Positions 61,252 through 64,000 of a DNA stretch of 64,000 bases are shown here, piece after piece. The first letter of the stretch is position 1. The number at the start of each line of letters is the position of its first letter. Origin of the DNA: an uncultured Actinomycetes bacterium (GTDB lineage: Bacteria; Actinomycetota; Thermoleophilia; UBA2241); the NCBI GenBank assembly GCA_963753695.1, contig CAVWDG010000015.1, positions 9,178 through 73,177 on the forward strand, read 5' to 3'. Made by a program: the position numbers and the translations under genes. The notes under the pieces were generated by a model that saw only the letters and a list, made by a program, of their open reading frames with translations, ran no database searches and was not told where the DNA came from.

Positions 61252-63445
61252 GTGACGAAAGCGCCCGGACCGCCTCGCGAAGAGGGCTTCTCGAAAGACG
61301 CCGACAAGCTCATCCGCCGGCTGTCGCTCGTGGCCTTCCTGTTGTCGCGGCCGGGCCGGCCGGCCACCGCCATCGAGATCCGCGAGCGCGTCGAAGGCTA
61401 CGCGCTGATGAGCGACGACGCCTTCAAGCGGCGCTTCTACGAAGACCGTGCCGAGCTCGCCAGCTTGGGCATCGGCATCGTCGGCGACGCCGAGGCCGAG
61501 GGCGAGACCGAGGTCTACGCGCTGCCGGCGTCGGCCTACTACCTGCCGGCCATCGAGTTCACGCCCGACGAGCTCTCGGCCCTGGCCGCCTGCCTGTTCG
61601 TGCTCGAACATCGCTTCGCCTACAGCGAGCCGCTACGCTTGGCCCTGCTCAGCCTGACCCACGGCCGCCCCGAGCTGCTCTCCCCCGCCGCCGCGACGCC
61701 GGTCACCGTGCTGCCCGAACGCGAGGCACGGCGCGCGGCGGCTGCGCTGCCCAAGCTGCAGCAGGCGGTCGCCGCCGGCAAGGCGGTGTCTTTTGTCTAC
61801 TACTCGATCGGCCGCGACGAAGAGCTGCTGCGTACCGTCGACCCCTATGGTCTGCTTCTGGTCGGCGACGAGTGGTACCTCATCGCCTGGTGCCACCTGC
61901 GGCGCGCCATTCGCACCTTCCGCCTGTCGCGGCTGCGCTCGCGGGTGACCTTCGCCACGCGCGCCCCCCACGACTTCTCGCCGCCGGCCGACTTCACCCT
62001 CGACGACTACCTCGACCGCCCCGCCTGGCAGCTCGGCGAGCCAGTGGGCAGCGCCATCGTGCGCGTGGTCGCCGACATGGCCTGGTGGGTCGAAGCGCAC
62101 TTCTCGCGGTGCGGCACGATCACGCCCGCCGACGACGGCGTGCTGTACTCGACCCCGTACAACTCGGGCCAGCAGCTCGTGGCCTGGGTGCTGTCCATGG
62201 GCGAGGCGGCCGAACTGCTCGAGCCCCCCGACCTGCGCGAGCGCCTCGGCGCCCAGCTGCGCAAGCTGGCCGACCGTCTCGACGCCCCTCCGCTCGACGC
62301 CGCGCGGGCCGTCGAACTGCTCGCCGGCGGTGAGCTCGCCGGCCCGCGCCCGGCGCCCCGACCCAGCGACCCGCGTCCCGCACACCCGCGTCGCGCGACG
62401 GCGGCGGCCGCCCGCGCGCGCCGCGCCCGCCGCGGCGACGGCCCCGGTCGGCGAGCCTCCGGGCGATCCCGACTGGCAGGTCGAGGCCGACCGCTTCACC
62501 CGACTCGCGACCCTTATGACCTACCTGCACGGCGTCTGCCAGGCAAACGGCGGCGCCGAGGAGACGCCGGTGCCGGTATCCCGGGTGTGCGCCGCGCTCG
62601 ACACCCGGCGCGCCCAGTTGAAGGCCGACATCAGGCTGTTGAACCTCGTCAATTTCGGCGGCGAGGGCACGCTCGTGTGGGCCGAGATCAAGGGACCGTC
62701 GCTGATCGTGACCTGCGACGTGGCGAGCTCGGCCTTTGCCCGGCCGGCGCGACTGTCGCCGCTGCAGGTCGACACCCTGCTGCTGGCCGTCGAGATCCTC
62801 GGCGGCCAGCTCCCCACTGCGCACGGCGCGGCGCTGCACAGCGCCGCGAGCAAGCTGCGCGGAGCGCGGCGCGCGGCACCGGCGGCCGTGGCCGCCGGCG
62901 AGCGTCTGGCCACCGCCGAGCCCATCCTCGACGCGGTGAACGCCGCCATCGGTCAGCACCGCCTGCTCGACATCGAGTACTGGTCGGAGGGCAGCGGCAC
63001 GACCTCGAACCGCACGGTCGAGCCTTACCTGCTGGTGCGCACCCGGGGCGAGTGGTACTACGTCGCCTGGTGTCTCAGCTCGCAGGGCACCCGAACCTTC
63101 CGCCTTGCCACGACCAAGCGCGCGCTGCTACGCGACGAGCGTTTCGTGCCGCGCGCCGACGTCGAGGTCGAGCTCTACCGGCGCGAGGGCGTGCGCAGCT
63201 CCGAGCGCTACGCGCCGCGCCGCGCCGCGGTGTGGTATGCGGCCGCGGTGGCGCGCTGGGCCGCCGAACGCGGGCCCACGTTGCCGCTGCCCGACGGCGA
63301 GTGTCTCGCCCTGCTGCCCTACTTAGACGAACGCTGGCTCATCCACGAGATGCTGCGCTTCGGCGGCGAGGCGCTGCCGCTCGACCCGCCCGCCGCGACC
63401 GCCTTGCGCGGTGTCGTCGCCCGACTCCTTGAGCGGTACGCTTAG
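61252..63445 (+). CDS. PafBC-like double HTH-WYL-WCX transcriptional regulator (probable fusion; frameshift in the linker at about 62330-62450)
   Basis: FKRRFYEDRAEL, RTVDPY..WYL..RTFRLSR in the first half; RTVEPY..WYY..RTFRL in the second frame; no stop between the halves. Confidence 0.88.
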
Positions 63446-63448
63446 CCG

Positions 63449-63724
63449 ATGCACCTTCCCACGACCGTCACACAAGCCCTGTTCGCAGTACAGCTCCCGG
63501 TGTGTCTGTACGTGGGCTACCGCACGGCCCGCCGCACCGGGCGGCGCGTGGTCGACTGGCTCATCTTCGGGTTTCTCGCGGCTGTCGCCTTTCCGCCGCT
63601 GGGCGCGCTCGCCTTGCTCGTGCTCTTCTTCGTCTGCCCGCCGGCGCGCACCGGCCACCCGCCGGCCGGTGCTCGCGACGGCGCGGCGCCGGGTGGGCCC
63701 GGCGGCGGCGAGACGGCCGCATGA
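63449..63724 (+). CDS. Small membrane protein
   Basis: Hydrophobic helices flanking ARRTGR..W motif; stop overlaps the next ATG. Confidence 0.7.
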   Translation: MHLPTTVTQALFAVQLPVCLYVGYRTARRTGRRVVDWLIFGFLAAVAFPPLGALALLVLFFVCPPARTGHPPAGARDGAAPGGPGGGETAA

Positions 63725-64000
63725 CGGCGCCCGCGGCCAACGGGGCGCCCTCGCCGTACGTGTTCTCCGGGCGCCACCGCCTGCCCGTCGAGGCAGCCTG
63801 CAGCTTTGAGGCGCCCTCTGGCCTGCCCGCGCTCGCCGATCTGCCGGCGGCCGTCGCCGAGGCGCTCGACGCGCCGCCCGACGCGCCGCCACTTTCCGTT
63901 CTCGCCCGCGACGCCCGCAGCGTCGCCGTGGTCGTGCCCGACGCCAGCCGCGGCTGCCCGGTGGCCGCGCTCCTGCCGCCGGTGCTCGAACGCCTCGCGC
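63721..64000 (+). CDS. LarA-like (DUF2088) nickel-pincer racemase/epimerase, N-terminal part (truncated by the window)
   Basis: Hand translation: MTAPAANG...AVAEALDAPPDAPPLSVLARDARSVAVVVPDASRGCPVAALLPPVLERL; the EAL..P...PL and V.VVVPD.SR pattern is typical of the LarA N-terminus. Confidence 0.72.
   Translation, partial: MTAPAANGAPSPYVFSGRHRLPVEAACSFEAPSGLPALADLPAAVAEALDAPPDAPPLSVLARDARSVAVVVPDASRGCPVAALLPPVLERLA

Overview
Very GC-rich actinobacterial chromosome segment; gene content and the WYL-protein style suggest Thermoleophilia (inference). Mostly core genes: holA (partial), comEC-comEA, leuS, tRNA-Ala(GGC), secDF, a dcw cluster (mraZ-rsmH-ftsL-ftsI-murE-murF-mraY-murD-ftsW-murG-murC-ftsQ-ftsZ), pyrF and pcrA. 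Accessory blocks: a small ABC exporter operon; three B12-dependent radical SAM genes with a GT-C-like membrane protein and an unknown protein just downstream of the tRNA; two STAS proteins around a Zn-finger ORF; an Rrf2-cysK-larE-cysE operon; a lysA / racemase / two non-pyrrolysine MttB block; a PafBC-like WYL protein and a LarA-like gene at the right edge. Many essential genes carry frameshifts in patches, most likely sequencing indels. Non-coding highlights: a roughly 310-nt rod-shaped ncRNA candidate with a consensus promoter and terminator (43170-43522, minus strand), repeated CCCTC-N11-GAGGG operator-like boxes before ftsZ and murD, MraZ boxes, an Rrf2 operator and several tandem repeats at gene 3' ends. 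No CRISPR array, integrase or transposase was seen. All calls are by eye, without database searches.
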